A DNA stretch of 64,000 nt from Cellvibrionaceae bacterium (GTDB lineage: Bacteria > Pseudomonadota > Gammaproteobacteria > Pseudomonadales > Cellvibrionaceae): NCBI GenBank assembly GCA_024707385.1, contig JANPZW010000013.1, positions 379,465 to 443,464 on the forward strand, read 5' to 3'. The notes beneath the pieces were generated by a model. The model saw only the letters and a program-made list of their open reading frames with translations, searched no databases and was not told where the DNA came from. The position numbers and the translations under genes are program-made. How positions within the stretch are numbered: the first letter of the stretch is position 1; each line of letters opens with the position of its first letter. Below are positions 29,213 through 40,446 of this stretch, piece by piece.

Positions 29213-30283
29213 TTAATTTGCCGGGCAAACTTTTCGATATATATCCAAGGTTTGCTCAGCAATGTCCACCCAGCGAAAGTTTTCCAATACAAATTGTCTC
29301 GCCTTAGATCCGTATTGATCATTATCGGAGTCCGACAAGGAGATCACCCGGGCTGCCATTTCATCCTCCTCACCCCTTTTGTACAGGAAGGTATATGTGG
29401 GATGAGTGTAGTGGTGAACTGCTGGTATATCGCTTGACACTACAGGCAGTCCGCAGCTCATTCCCTCCAACAAGGCGTTGTTCGCAGTGCAATCCAGCAA
29501 TGGCAATAGCAGCACACTCGCGTGCTGATAGACACGACACAGCTCTTCATTCGATAAATCTTGATGCCAAACCACCTGTTTGTATTTAGCTAAACGGTAG
29601 AGCTCGAAGTTCTGAAGGCGATTCGTCCCAGGATAGATGATATCGAATTGGATGCTGGGCTTGATGTGGATTATTTTTTCAATCACCTCAATCAAGGTCG
29701 ATACATCACGCAGCCATTGCCCAGCAAACACGCAACGGAATTCTGTTTTCGAGCCGGATAAGGGCTGGAAAAAGTTGGTATCCACTCCGTGTCGGACACA
29801 GAATACTCTGCCGGGCAAAAATGGCTCAAAGTATTCCTGCTCCACCGGGCTCAACACAATGAGTGCATCTAACTTGTCAACCAACCGCGGCCTGGCGTTC
29901 AACCGCCACCAACTGGCGGGTTGATGGGCGGTCGCCACTATCTTGGTATTTCTCAGATAGTTCCTTACGACATCATTCTTTAGCAGACCATAGCTGTTTT
30001 CCAGATAAGCGATGTGCAACAAATCGAACGCAGGAGCTTTGCGAATAGTGCGAAGTTCCGCAGCAACATTTTGCACGGATGCATAATAAGGGGTGGCGGA
30101 CACGTATTTTTTTTTGAGATATCGACAAATTCCCCGCAGCGGGAATCTTAATTTTTCCGCCGGGTGGAAGTGAACGCTATCCAAGGTCACAGTGGAGTTC
30201 TTTTCCAGCTCATGAAAAAGCAGGTCGTACCCGCTTCGATTACCCATATGGGGAAATCTCTCCCGCAGCGCTAATACCTTCAT
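29213..30283 (-). CDS. GT4 family glycosyltransferase
   Basis: HGVDTNFF, EX7E-like NNALLEGMSCGLPVVSSD. Confidence 0.88.
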   Translation of the reverse strand: MKVLALRERFPHMGNRSGYDLLFHELEKNSTVTLDSVHFHPAEKLRFPLRGICRYLKKKYVSATPYYASVQNVAAELRTIRKAPAFDLLHIAYLENSYGLLKNDVVRNYLRNTKIVATAHQPASWWRLNARPRLVDKLDALIVLSPVEQEYFEPFLPGRVFCVRHGVDTNFFQPLSGSKTEFRCVFAGQWLRDVSTLIEVIEKIIHIKPSIQFDIIYPGTNRLQNFELYRLAKYKQVVWHQDLSNEELCRVYQHASVLLLPLLDCTANNALLEGMSCGLPVVSSDIPAVHHYTHPTYTFLYKRGEEDEMAARVISLSDSDNDQYGSKARQFVLENFRWVDIAEQTLDIYRKVCPAN

Positions 30284-30542
30284 CCATCACCTTTTAGAAA
30301 ATCTCAAGACACTCAGAATTGACCGCCGTCATCTCGGGCAAGCCATATTGAAGCGCAACAAAGCGCTTGGGCCTATCTAATCGACTGCTTTCCGGTAGCA
30401 GCCACTAACGTCACCCGCCTGCCATGGCGCAGGATTATACAGGGCGCCTCCGCCACCCCAAATACCAGTCCGCATTTGAGGGCCAATGGAAAAAAGCGAG
30501 TCTATACTGAAGGGAAAAGGCTACGTAGACAGAGATAGATAC

Positions 30543-31121
30543 ATGACAGAACCTGCGGACACGTTTTCCACCCCGGAAGAGGTTGCCCGCTACTGCGGTG
30601 TGTCTTTACAGACTGTCGTCTCGTGGCTGCAAAAAGGGCGCTTGCGCCAGACGCAGGGGCCACTAATCCGGGTCGATGATCTGGTGAATTTCATGCACCA
30701 GAACCACTTGGCCATCCCGGCGGAACTGCTTTCCGAATCCGCCAGCGCGGCGAACCAGCCAAACCTCAGAATCCTAGTGGTCGACGAAGACAAACCCACG
30801 GCCAATGCGATCGAACGGGTGTTCCGTAATATGGGGTTCGATGTGATGCAAGTGAACAACGGCTTCGACGCCGGTGTTACCTATATCCGCCGCAAACCCG
30901 AACTCATGACACTGGATTTGAATCTGGAAGGCATGAGCGGGATCGAACTCATCGAACACATCCGCGCCACCCAAACCCATAAAGCGAAGATACTGGTTAT
31001 CTCCAACTCCGTGCCGAGTCTGATGGCAAAGGCTAAAGCGGCGGGGGCCGATGCAGTAATATCAAAGCCTTTTGATAATGACAGCTTGAGGCGCGCGGTG
31101 AGGATTTTGCTCACCTCTTAA
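30543..31121 (+). CDS. Response regulator with N-terminal excisionase-like HTH and C-terminal receiver domain
   Basis: STPEEVARYCGVSLQTVVSW; ILVVDED, LDLNL, ISKPF. Confidence 0.85.
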   Translation: MTEPADTFSTPEEVARYCGVSLQTVVSWLQKGRLRQTQGPLIRVDDLVNFMHQNHLAIPAELLSESASAANQPNLRILVVDEDKPTANAIERVFRNMGFDVMQVNNGFDAGVTYIRRKPELMTLDLNLEGMSGIELIEHIRATQTHKAKILVISNSVPSLMAKAKAAGADAVISKPFDNDSLRRAVRILLTS

Positions 31122-31460
31122 AAACAGTAAGCCTGCCTCGAATAACAAAAACCCGCGTAAGCCCCCGCCAAGAGGGCAATTCAAAGGCAGCATATTTACC
31201 GGTCGAAACTCAGACCCGCTAGCGTCCTCAAAACATCAGTTAGCCCCCTAACTCGGAAGCGCTCAGCCCGCCGTATTTACACTTCCACTGGTACTGCAGA
31301 ATGAGCTGAGCCGTGTTTACGGCAAACCGGCCTTCGTTTCTTTCAAGATCGAGATGATCTGGGCCTTAGTAAATCTCGATTTTTTTGGTCTACCCCTCGC
31401 GATATCTTGTCAGATATCTAAGCATCGCGGCCCTCTTGTTGGGGGGGGGTTACGCAGCAT

Positions 31461-32721
31461 CTAAAGGAATATTACATACTTGGATATAAGAAACAAAAGG
31501 AGGCAACTGATAGGCACATTGATAGCTATGCATGCCAAATCAAGCCTAGCTGATATCGCTGGCTTAATAGCTATGACCAGAGCCAATACCGTCAAGTAAT
31601 ATCTTGGCTCTACCATAGGCAGAGGCACAAAAGTCATGACACCAAAGATGTAGACCATAAGCAGCAGGAGCTTATTTTCCGGTTTTGAGTCTTTCCAAAA
31701 GAAATAATAAGTAAATGCAGCACTAACCATGGGGATAAAAACGAGGAGTTTTAACCATGCATATGAAAGAGTGTAGTGCAGAATAATATTTCGCAAGAAA
31801 AAAAGTGGTGTCTTGCGAGTTATAAGGGTGTGAATTAGAGTAGGTCAACGAGTAAATCAACAACCCTGCGACAACAAACAACCATATTAAAGGCTGCTCT
31901 TTCAGAAGTCGAAAAACTCTTAGCGTATAGAAAATATGGTACGGCAAAAAAATCACAAAACTAGTAAGCAGAAACATGTACAAGTTGGAAAGATTAAAAC
32001 TAACCTCGTGACTACCTGCATCACCGATTGCCACATTATCCCTCAGATAGAATATACCTGACGCAATAAGGCATACACCAACGAAAGGAGCAATCTTGCC
32101 AATTGCACGCCAATTTTCCCTATTCCGGTAATCGATAACATCTTTAAAGCTTCGCCGCTCTACTGAGCCGAAAAAAACATAGGCCCCACAAAATGCCACC
32201 CAAACCAGATTGGGTTGACGCGTTGCAATCGACAAAGCACCAACAAGTGCAGCTAGCCAATATTGCTTTTTCAGAGTCAAAAGAATCGCTGCAACAGCCA
32301 ACATGGCTGCCGGAATATCTGTATATAGAAGTGAGAAGAAAGGTAAAACTATAGGGCAAGTGAGAAAAAGTAAAACTCTGTAGTCATTCTTTTCAAACTT
32401 CAACTCCTTCGCAATCAAATATAAGAATGGAAGTATTGGCAAACAAATAATGAGGTGAGAGAGTCTTGCCAAATTATAAGAGTAAGTGCCAAATACTTTG
32501 AGCACCAAGGCTATGGCCATATGATAAACAGGAGGAACAGTTATATGCCAAACCTTCGGAATTCTCCCCTGAAAGAAGCCCATTATTTCGGGATTGTGGA
32601 ATCCTTCATCTGCCATCAACCCAGGCAAATTTGCCAAAATTGTGTAAGTAAAGGTCAGAACAATCACGCACATTAGCGCCAAATTAACTGGCTCTGAACC
32701 TGAATTTTTTGATAGATCCAT
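31461..32721 (-). CDS. ALG10/DIE2-like GT-C glucosyltransferase, copy B; frame break at A7 31798-31804
   Basis: DEGFHNPE, ITVPPVYH, LYTDIPA, RQPNLVW, HPY, VEPRYY; many transmembrane segments. Confidence 0.8.
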
Positions 32722-32783
32722 TTTACAACCTTTCTCGCTTGACAAGCATTCTCTATATGGTGAGCACCTAAACCCCAAAAAGA

Positions 32784-34069
32784 TCAAATGAAAATAATGG
32801 AATTAGATATAAGAAACAGCAATAATCCACTCAAAGGGATATACATAAAAAGGCAGCCCAAATCAAGATCTGACCTCAAACTGGGTCTGCTAACTGCGAT
32901 TAGGGCCAAAGCAGTAAGGTAATACCTTGGCTCCACCATAGGCAAAGGCACAAACGAAATTAGACCAAACACATAAATCAACAGCAAAGATGTTTTATCA
33001 GATGCCTTTGAATCCTTCCAAAAGAAGTAGTATGTAAACGCAGAGATTGCCATAGGCATAAACACCAGAAACTTCAACCACGTAATCGTCACGGTGTAAT
33101 GCAATACTACATTCCGATAATAATGCGCCAATCCAATTGTATTGTAGGGATGCGAATTGGAATAAGTGAACGCATAAACAACTAGCCCCAAAAACAGCAA
33201 GACCCATACCGCATAACTATTTGAAAGACATCGAATGATCCTAGGAAAATAAACCACGTGATACGGCAGGAAAAAAAGGAAGCTAAGCAAGAGAAACATG
33301 TAAAGATTGGAAAGGTTCAGTGTTACCTGATGCATTGAGGTATCACCTACGGCAACATTTTTCCTCAAATAGAATACGAACAATGCCGTCACGATGACCA
33401 AACCGTAGGGGGCAACCCTGGGCAACAGCCTGAAAACCTCGGGACCACGCAAGCTCAGAGGATTTCTCCAGCCGTCGCGCATAAAAAAATCCGCCAAGAC
33501 GAAGGAGGCACAAAAAGCCACCCAAATTACATTGGGCTGCCTCATCGCTATTGCCACAGCACCAGCCAAACTCGCCAAGATATATCTTTTTTTAACTGTG
33601 AACAAAAAAGAAAGGCTCACCAAAAGCAGTGCCGGGATATCCGTATAAAGAATTGAGAAGAAAGGCAAGACTATCGGCATAGTTAAAAAAAGCAGTACTC
33701 GATAGTCATTATTTTTATGCTCAAAGTGCCGACTGATCATATACAGAACAGGCACTAAAAGGCTGCACACCAGCAAATGAACAAATCTGGCCAATTCAGT
33801 AGAAAAAAAAAACCAAATATCTTTAGCAGTGCGGCAATAAGAGCGTGATATGTGGGCGGAACAGTAATATGCTCTGACGGTGTGAAATGCCCATGAAAAA
33901 AAGCCCAGATCTGGGGATTATGAAAACCCTCATCCGCAACCACCGTTTTAATATGCGAAAGCACCGTATATGTAAAAGCTAAAACAACAAACGAAATTAT
34001 TACCAGATTAACCAGTTCATAATTATACTTTTTGGTATTTTCCACCACCAACCTCGAAATCTTCGACAT
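32784..34069 (-). CDS. ALG10/DIE2-like GT-C glucosyltransferase, copy A; frame break at A10 33803-33812
   Basis: DEGFHNPQ, ITVPPTYH, LYTDIPA, RQPNVIW, HPY..HY, VEPRYY. Confidence 0.8.
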
Positions 34070-34254
34070 TTAAAATTTATTCTTTAAAGCTAAAAGAGTC
34101 ATTGGCGCAATCTCACTAAAACCCCAGCTCACCATCAACCCACAGCTGGAATTAACTCACTGTCCTGTGATTTCCGACTCACACCACCTACTAGAAACCA
34201 CTTCAAAAAGCCATGCCTGACTAATTCTTGAGATGCCCCCTAGCATGACCCCCA

Positions 34255-35169
34255 TTAAGACTTGTAAAGCTGCAAGTTTTTACAAAATTGTTCATAGATG
34301 GAAGAATTGCCACCAACACTTTCACAGAACTGAAGTGTGTGACTCAGCTGGGATGGATTGCGCGGACCAATTATCAGCCCATGCAAATGTGGGTTAGTGA
34401 CGGCAAGAGCAAGCGAGAACTCAACCACACTGCTCAACTGAAGCTTAACATTCTTATTCTGGGCGATATAGTTTGAGATTCTATCGACAAGCTCTTCAGG
34501 TACGGGTATTCCTCTCAAAGTAACTGATGCCTGGGCGTTATCCTCCAACTTTTTGACCCCACCCATATTAACGCCATATGCAAAATACTTAGCGCTGGGA
34601 AATCTCTCGCTGTACACGACCCGTGACGAGCGCGTTAAAGGATTCTCTTTTACCTGGATCAACCAGCTTGACGCCAATTCAGGAGCCGCCGCCAAATAAA
34701 TTTCTGGCGATTTCACACCAGAAAAGCCGATGCCTAGCCCCCTGCTATTAATATCGGCCATAGCTCCGATCGTCTCTTTTATCGCACCAGCATCTGCTGC
34801 CCCCTGTTATCCCAATGCACCGAAATAGCCGACAAGTGGCCTTCGAATAAATCTCGAAGTCGTTGCTCATGCCGATAAATAGTTTTTGAGCTTAAATCAG
34901 AATCTGGCTTTCCGGTATTATCCAGAGAACCTATTTTGACTAAAATAGAAAGAGCGATTTGTGGATTCCGCTGACACCATTCGGCTAGCCACTTCATAGC
35001 TTTTCCGGAGTCTTCTGCAATGCCATTTATGGGATAGTTGGTGGCTACATCTATAGTTTTTCCGCCAGAAGACACAAAAGAATCCACCAACTCGAAGGCC
35101 ACCTTTTTTGTCAACTCCCCAAGCCCACAAAGCGGTCCCCAAAACTAGCGTTTTTTTTTCTTCACTCAT
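34255..35169 (-). CDS. Divergent aldo/keto reductase; frame breaks at T6 35104-35109 and C5 34800-34804
   Basis: LVLGTALWAW, IDVATNY, VHWD, GIGFSG, IIGPRNPSQL across three frames. Confidence 0.7.
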
Positions 35170-35908
35170 GAGCCGCATCCAAGACGCTATTTTTTAGCTT
35201 CGCCTTGAGAGCTCGCATAGCTTTTAGATATTCAATTGCCAGACGGCCTATTTTTACTTTTGAATCGGGATCATCCGTCCAAGTAACAGGAAGGTCCTCA
35301 ACTTTCATTTTAAGATGTTCCGCCACCACTAAGAGCTCTGTTGAAAAAAACCAACCATCATTGCATGCGCCGCGCCTCATCAGTTCCGGTAGGCAGCTTC
35401 TGCGAAGAAATTTGAACCCGCACATTCCATCCGTAAATTTGGTCCGAAACCATGTCTTTACGATCATGTTAAACGCTCGGCTCGTTACTTCACGAACAGG
35501 AGATCTACCGATCACCTTAGCCCCTCTAGCCAAGCGAGAGCCCGCGACCATATCGGCTTTTCGGGAAACAAGAATATCCAACGCCTCACCCAAATGTCGA
35601 AGATCAGTGGCCAAATCCAAATCCATGTATCCAACAATATCCGCACCCGATGCCCCCCAAGATGATTTAAGAGCCAAGCCAACGCCTCGCTTATCTAATC
35701 TTAGGTATTTTACATTGTGATACTGAGCCTCCAGCCGCCTAGCAATCTCCGGCGTTCGATCAGTCGAGCCATTATCTGCTATGACAAGATTTATATCCTC
35801 AAAGCGATTTAACTGAGCTTGGAAGTGTTCCAGCACTTTCAGAACCTGCTGCTCTAAAGTTCGCTCTTCATTAAGAACCGGAATTGTTACTTCTATTCTA
35901 TCGTTCAT
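35162..35908 (-). CDS. Polyprenyl-phosphate glycosyltransferase, dolichyl-phosphate beta-glucosyltransferase (ALG5)-like GT2
   Basis: IPVLNEE, DNGSTD, YMDLDL, GSR, DGMCGFK, WFFSTELL, LPVTW..DSKV. Confidence 0.8.
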   Translation of the reverse strand: MNDRIEVTIPVLNEERTLEQQVLKVLEHFQAQLNRFEDINLVIADNGSTDRTPEIARRLEAQYHNVKYLRLDKRGVGLALKSSWGASGADIVGYMDLDLATDLRHLGEALDILVSRKADMVAGSRLARGAKVIGRSPVREVTSRAFNMIVKTWFRTKFTDGMCGFKFLRRSCLPELMRRGACNDGWFFSTELLVVAEHLKMKVEDLPVTWTDDPDSKVKIGRLAIEYLKAMRALKAKLKNSVLDAAHE

Positions 35909-35919
35909 TGAAATTTTCC

Positions 35920-37069
35920 TTAGTTAATTATGGGTATAAAGTCTTCCCCATCTAACTTTTCATAAACATCATAAATGTTGTCGATTTTTCCACCGAGGAT
36001 GGAATAGCAGCCAAGCATTTCGGCATGAGCTTCAAAAAGAATTGGCCTACCATCGTCTCCTTCATTTTTAACGAGAATAGTCTTAACCTCAAAAAGAGAG
36101 TCGACATACTTTGCCGAAAAAAACAAAGGCATATAGCGCCCGACATCTCGAATCATCCGATCGACTCGTGTAGTCCTCGAGTACTGACTCAAAGCCGCAT
36201 AGGGGTTAATACCCTTGATATCCCCCCAGTTAGCATGCGGTGTGTAACGAACGTGAGATAGCGTATGCAAGTTGCGAGCAGGGAATGGCATAAAAGAAAA
36301 AAACGGGCCGTCCATCACGGTTACCCCAATGCCCCGAAGGGTGTCAGGCAGCTCCACTAAGGCCATTTCGGTGATTTCGTGTTTCAAGCCCGTCTTAATT
36401 TTAGGAAAGTCCCCTTCAATTTGATTTAAGCCGCTGTAAGTACAATTAAAAACATACCGAGTTTGCACGCACTCTTCGATACCCGCACCATCCGAAACTT
36501 TCACTCGATAACATTCCATATCCTTTTTGATAGCCTCAACTTTTGACTTTAGCCGAACCTCAACACCTTCTTTTTTTTAACGATTCCCAAGCCCACCGCG
36601 CGAGCAGCGATGTATCAAAAGCATACTCTTCAACCAAATACGAGGCTTCAATCAAGCGAGACTCAAAAAGACAATTATATTCTTGAGGCGCAGGAACCAG
36701 CTTAGCCCCCACCTCAAAACAAAATCGTTCAAATTGCTTGGCAGTGACTTTGGAGTTTTTCCGGGCAATAGCATATATTTTTGTAAAATCTTTTTTGACA
36801 GCATCCCGCCAATCCACCACAAAGCGAGGCATGTTGACACGACTGCGATACGCGGTGGTAAAGCTTCTGGGATAGTGGTAGCCGTTATGAACACGGGCCT
36901 GATTCGTGTAAGACGCCCTTTGCAAAATATCCTTTTCTTGCTCCACCAGCAGCACCGATTTCAGGCCTCTGACTTGCTTTAAGTATATAGCTATCGCGCA
37001 GCCATAGAACCCTCCGCCGATAACTACAGCGTCTAATCCTAACGAACGTCCGCTAGCCACGAGGTGCAC
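35920..37069 (-). CDS. FAD-dependent oxidoreductase (DAO-like fold); frame break at T8 36571-36578
   Basis: VIGGGFYG, ASYTNQARVHNGYHYPRS, GGKIDN at the C-terminus. Confidence 0.8.
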
Positions 37070-38053
37070 CTAATTTACTTGGGTCTTCGATATTCAATCT
37101 TTCTCTACGCTCTAACCTCGCACTCGTCAGCTCTTTCGCAATATGGTAGGACGGCCCAGTGGCGAACAAACTTAGCATATGCATAATATATTCACTCAAG
37201 ATTAAGAGCACGATTGAAACCAAAAAAAACATGCCGGATTGCTGCAGAGAGAGACTAGCCCAACCAGGTGTCACATTCTCCTTAAGGAAGCTAATAAATA
37301 ACACGTATATAGAATAGAGGACATTAGCCACCGACCCAAAAACGCATAACAGATTTATCAGACGCATTGGTGCGCGAGACGTTGAAATCAATAGCCGAAC
37401 CCCCTATTGAGCGCTTCACGCACGCTCTTTTTTTCCACCAACTCAACCGGAGCGCTATAGTCAAAATTAAATTTGGAAAAGCCCCCTGTTGCGGGCAATA
37501 ATCTGTATGAAAGCTCCGGGGAGGGATGACGCAGAATGAAGTTAACTACAGTACGACTCAAAAGACGACATAGAGGCACCTCTTTGGAAAGCTGAATACC
37601 ATTGAGGTATTTGTAGACCCTATCAAATCCAGCATAGGCTAGTTTATACGTTATACCCTGCGGTGGCTTGGTTAGGTTGTTCGCAAATACCACATCCACT
37701 CCTCTTACGGCGTGTTCCAGCATCTGCGGAGTTACCTCCAGATCATCCTGTAAAGGGTCGAATACACTGACAAAATCACCCAAGGCATTCTCCACTCCAA
37801 CCCAAGCAGCTGTATCACGATCCACTTCTTTTGTCAGGGAGTAAACCTGCAAATTTGGAAGGCCACCGGGAGCACAAAGCTCCTGAAGAACGAGCACGCT
37901 ATCATCGACCGAAGCATTATCGACAATAATAAGCTCATAATCTGCCACTATTTTCGAAACTTTCTCTGTCGCCTCAGATAGTATTTTCCTTAGATTTTCG
38001 GACTCATTCCTGACGATAAGCACTACTGAGAGAAACACTGGAAAATATGTCAT
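37053..38053 (-). CDS. GtrB/YfdH-like bactoprenol glycosyltransferase (GT2 plus two TM helices); frame break at C5 37400-37404
   Basis: SVVLIVRNE, IIVDNASVD; C-terminal helices with PGWAS..LLILSEYI. Confidence 0.75.
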
Positions 38054-38214
38054 TCATCACCAACCTTCTAAACCAAGGGTTCACACAATTCATTTTCAAT
38101 ATCCACACTCAACGACAAGAGCCGCTCTCCTGCTACAGAACTTACACTGCATCGCTTCGCAACACAACGCAACTCACATCTGTTCCTACTCGTTGGACAC
38201 GAAGCAGCCGCCAC

Positions 38215-38613
38215 TCATCCTCGATAGATCCAACATTTATGTAGAGTGTAGTTAACTATTAGCGTCACCAAAATGGCGACCAGCTGAGCAACTATATAGA
38301 GCTTTAAAATATGATTGACGGCTGAAAAAGTTAAAGTATTCGCAGTAATGCCTATAACACAAACCAAGGCAAATCTTGGTGCTGTCTCCGCATGCCGCTT
38401 GGTAGCCGAGGCCCCAAAGGTGAAGTAATAATTAGCGGAATAGTTATAAAAAGCAGAGATTAGGTAAGAAACTGCAGAAGCCACCACTGGGCGCAATATT
38501 TCCAGCTCTACGAAAAGCATCAAGAGAAACATCTGCAGCAAGGTCGCCGTACCACCTACAAACAGAAAACGAGTAACCCTGCTATGCCACAGACTCACGA
38601 CAAGAGAGAACAT
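38215..38613 (-). CDS. GtrA family flippase-like membrane protein
   Basis: RFLFVGGTAT, YNYSANYYFTF, NYTLHKCWIY; four hydrophobic helices. Confidence 0.88.
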   Translation of the reverse strand: MFSLVVSLWHSRVTRFLFVGGTATLLQMFLLMLFVELEILRPVVASAVSYLISAFYNYSANYYFTFGASATKRHAETAPRFALVCVIGITANTLTFSAVNHILKLYIVAQLVAILVTLIVNYTLHKCWIYRG

Positions 38614-38625
38614 AAAAAGCCTTTT

Positions 38626-40446
38626 TTATTCTAGTTTGGGTGGAGCCTGAGAGGCCACATCTTGCCCTAAAGAGTCTCGCATTACAGGCATTGAGCCCCT
38701 CCGTCCAGCCGCCATGAGCAACACCACCTGGGCAAGCAGTAAGCCCTCAAAAGGTTTTCTATATCTTCCTTCATTTACCGAAATAGGCAGCAAGCCTTGC
38801 ACAAGAATCCAAGATCCTATGATAACGGGTAGCATCCACTGCCCCCTCAATCTTCTCCTCCAACACACCAGCCATATCATTACGCCAACCGTGACTGGCG
38901 CCCAGATCCAGCGCATTACCGCGTTAGCTTGGTCTAAAATTCGAGCCATGTTGCTGTCTGGCCACGATGTGGCAAAAAACAGAAAAATCAGATTCTCTTT
39001 TGTAATCCACAGAAAGCGATCAAAATCCAACGCTACTGACTCGTAGGCTCTGTCCCAGTCTTCCTTGCCTTTATTGAAATCTACCGATACCACAACCCGC
39101 CCGGAACGCTGCGTTTTCCAATCACTAAACGGCGCAAATGGCTCAGCCCCAGTGGATGGTGACCCAAATATATGACCCCAGCTAGCCCCATCTTTTGCTG
39201 TATTCAGCAATATCTCCTTCTTTCCGGACATGCCATATATTGCTGCCAGATGCCCCATACCATGCGGAGCAAACTGATTGACCGCGTGATATGAGCGGTA
39301 AGTAAGCGGCCCCAAAATGAGCGCCAGCAATGCGGTGGAGATCAAAGCCTTTTTAACTTTTTCCGGCTGGAGAACCCAAAGCCAGGTGCAACAGATGGCT
39401 GCAAAAGGTATAGCAACTCCACGAGTGAGCCCGGCGGCAATCCAAATGACAACCATCAGGCCGAATGCGGTAGCGCTTCTCTTGCGGCGCGCTCTCCACG
39501 TAGCCCATAAAGCAGCACCAAGCAAGGGCAGAAAAAGTGTTTCCTGCATAAAATAGCTGTATATGGAAATCCAAGAAGGCAAAAGCGCAAGGGCGGCCCA
39601 CCCCAAAAGTGCCAGTGTTTTTGAAGATTGCAGCTCTCGGAAGAAACGATACCAAATCCACGGCGTGACGATGGAAAGAAAGCTCGTGTAAAAAGCCACC
39701 AATACGGGGATTTTTAAAGTGAGCTTGGCAAGAGCACTGATATACAGCTGATACATGATCGGGTCTGTCATCGTCATGAGATCGACCCGCAAAACGTCAA
39801 TTCCTGCCTCCCAATGCCGTTGCGCATCACTCCAAATATGAGCTACTGGGTTGTAGGTGAAAACAGTCCAGATTCGTATACCTACTCCTGCAGCTATCAA
39901 TACATAAAACAACCTGTGCAGGTAAGGTACCGACCTTTGACGCCATGCATTATTTGCCAGCAAGAGCAAGAAAAACGTCCAACACCCTACGGCAATCCAG
40001 GCTCGATAAGCAGACCCCATGCGAATCGATAACCCCATATCCCCGCCATAGTCTGCCACTACGATTTCGAGCTTATTGCCGCCCAACCGAAGATGCCGTG
40101 AGAAGTCCATCAGCACTCCCTGTCTGAAATCTCCCAAGGCTTCTTGCGAATAATTGGTCAGGTCAAGTATTTCATCATTGATTTTTATACTGAGAATCTC
40201 ATTATCCGGCGTAATCCTGAATATCGAGGATGAGAGCAGTCGTTTCTCCAGGTAGCCGCTATAAATATATGTCTGCGGCCCTATACCACCCCGCAAGAGC
40301 GGCAATCGAATAGCCTCTTCTCGACCACTTTCATGGCGCAGCGTGAAATCACTCAACCGGAACTGAAGTGAATAGGTGATATATGCCAGCAGCAACCCGC
40401 AGAATAAGAATAACGCCGCTTTAATTTGCGCCGACCAGCCTTTCAT
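38626..40446 (-). CDS. Polytopic GT-C-like membrane protein with N-terminal extracytoplasmic beta-sandwich domain
   Basis: N-terminal TM, about 110-aa soluble domain (RITPDNEILSIKIND), loop WSDAQRH, about 10 more TM segments, EGRY motif near the C-terminus. Confidence 0.6.
   Translation of the reverse strand: MKGWSAQIKAALFLFCGLLLAYITYSLQFRLSDFTLRHESGREEAIRLPLLRGGIGPQTYIYSGYLEKRLLSSSIFRITPDNEILSIKINDEILDLTNYSQEALGDFRQGVLMDFSRHLRLGGNKLEIVVADYGGDMGLSIRMGSAYRAWIAVGCWTFFLLLLANNAWRQRSVPYLHRLFYVLIAAGVGIRIWTVFTYNPVAHIWSDAQRHWEAGIDVLRVDLMTMTDPIMYQLYISALAKLTLKIPVLVAFYTSFLSIVTPWIWYRFFRELQSSKTLALLGWAALALLPSWISIYSYFMQETLFLPLLGAALWATWRARRKRSATAFGLMVVIWIAAGLTRGVAIPFAAICCTWLWVLQPEKVKKALISTALLALILGPLTYRSYHAVNQFAPHGMGHLAAIYGMSGKKEILLNTAKDGASWGHIFGSPSTGAEPFAPFSDWKTQRSGRVVVSVDFNKGKEDWDRAYESVALDFDRFLWITKENLIFLFFATSWPDSNMARILDQANAVMRWIWAPVTVGVMIWLVCWRRRLRGQWMLPVIIGSWILVQGLLPISVNEGRYRKPFEGLLLAQVVLLMAAGRRGSMPVMRDSLGQDVASQAPPKLE

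Noticed and set aside
31122-31460. IS remnant or ncRNA in the gap with small inverted repeats and a G9 run
   Set aside because: Only 7-8-bp stems, no transposase fragment or terminal repeats recognised
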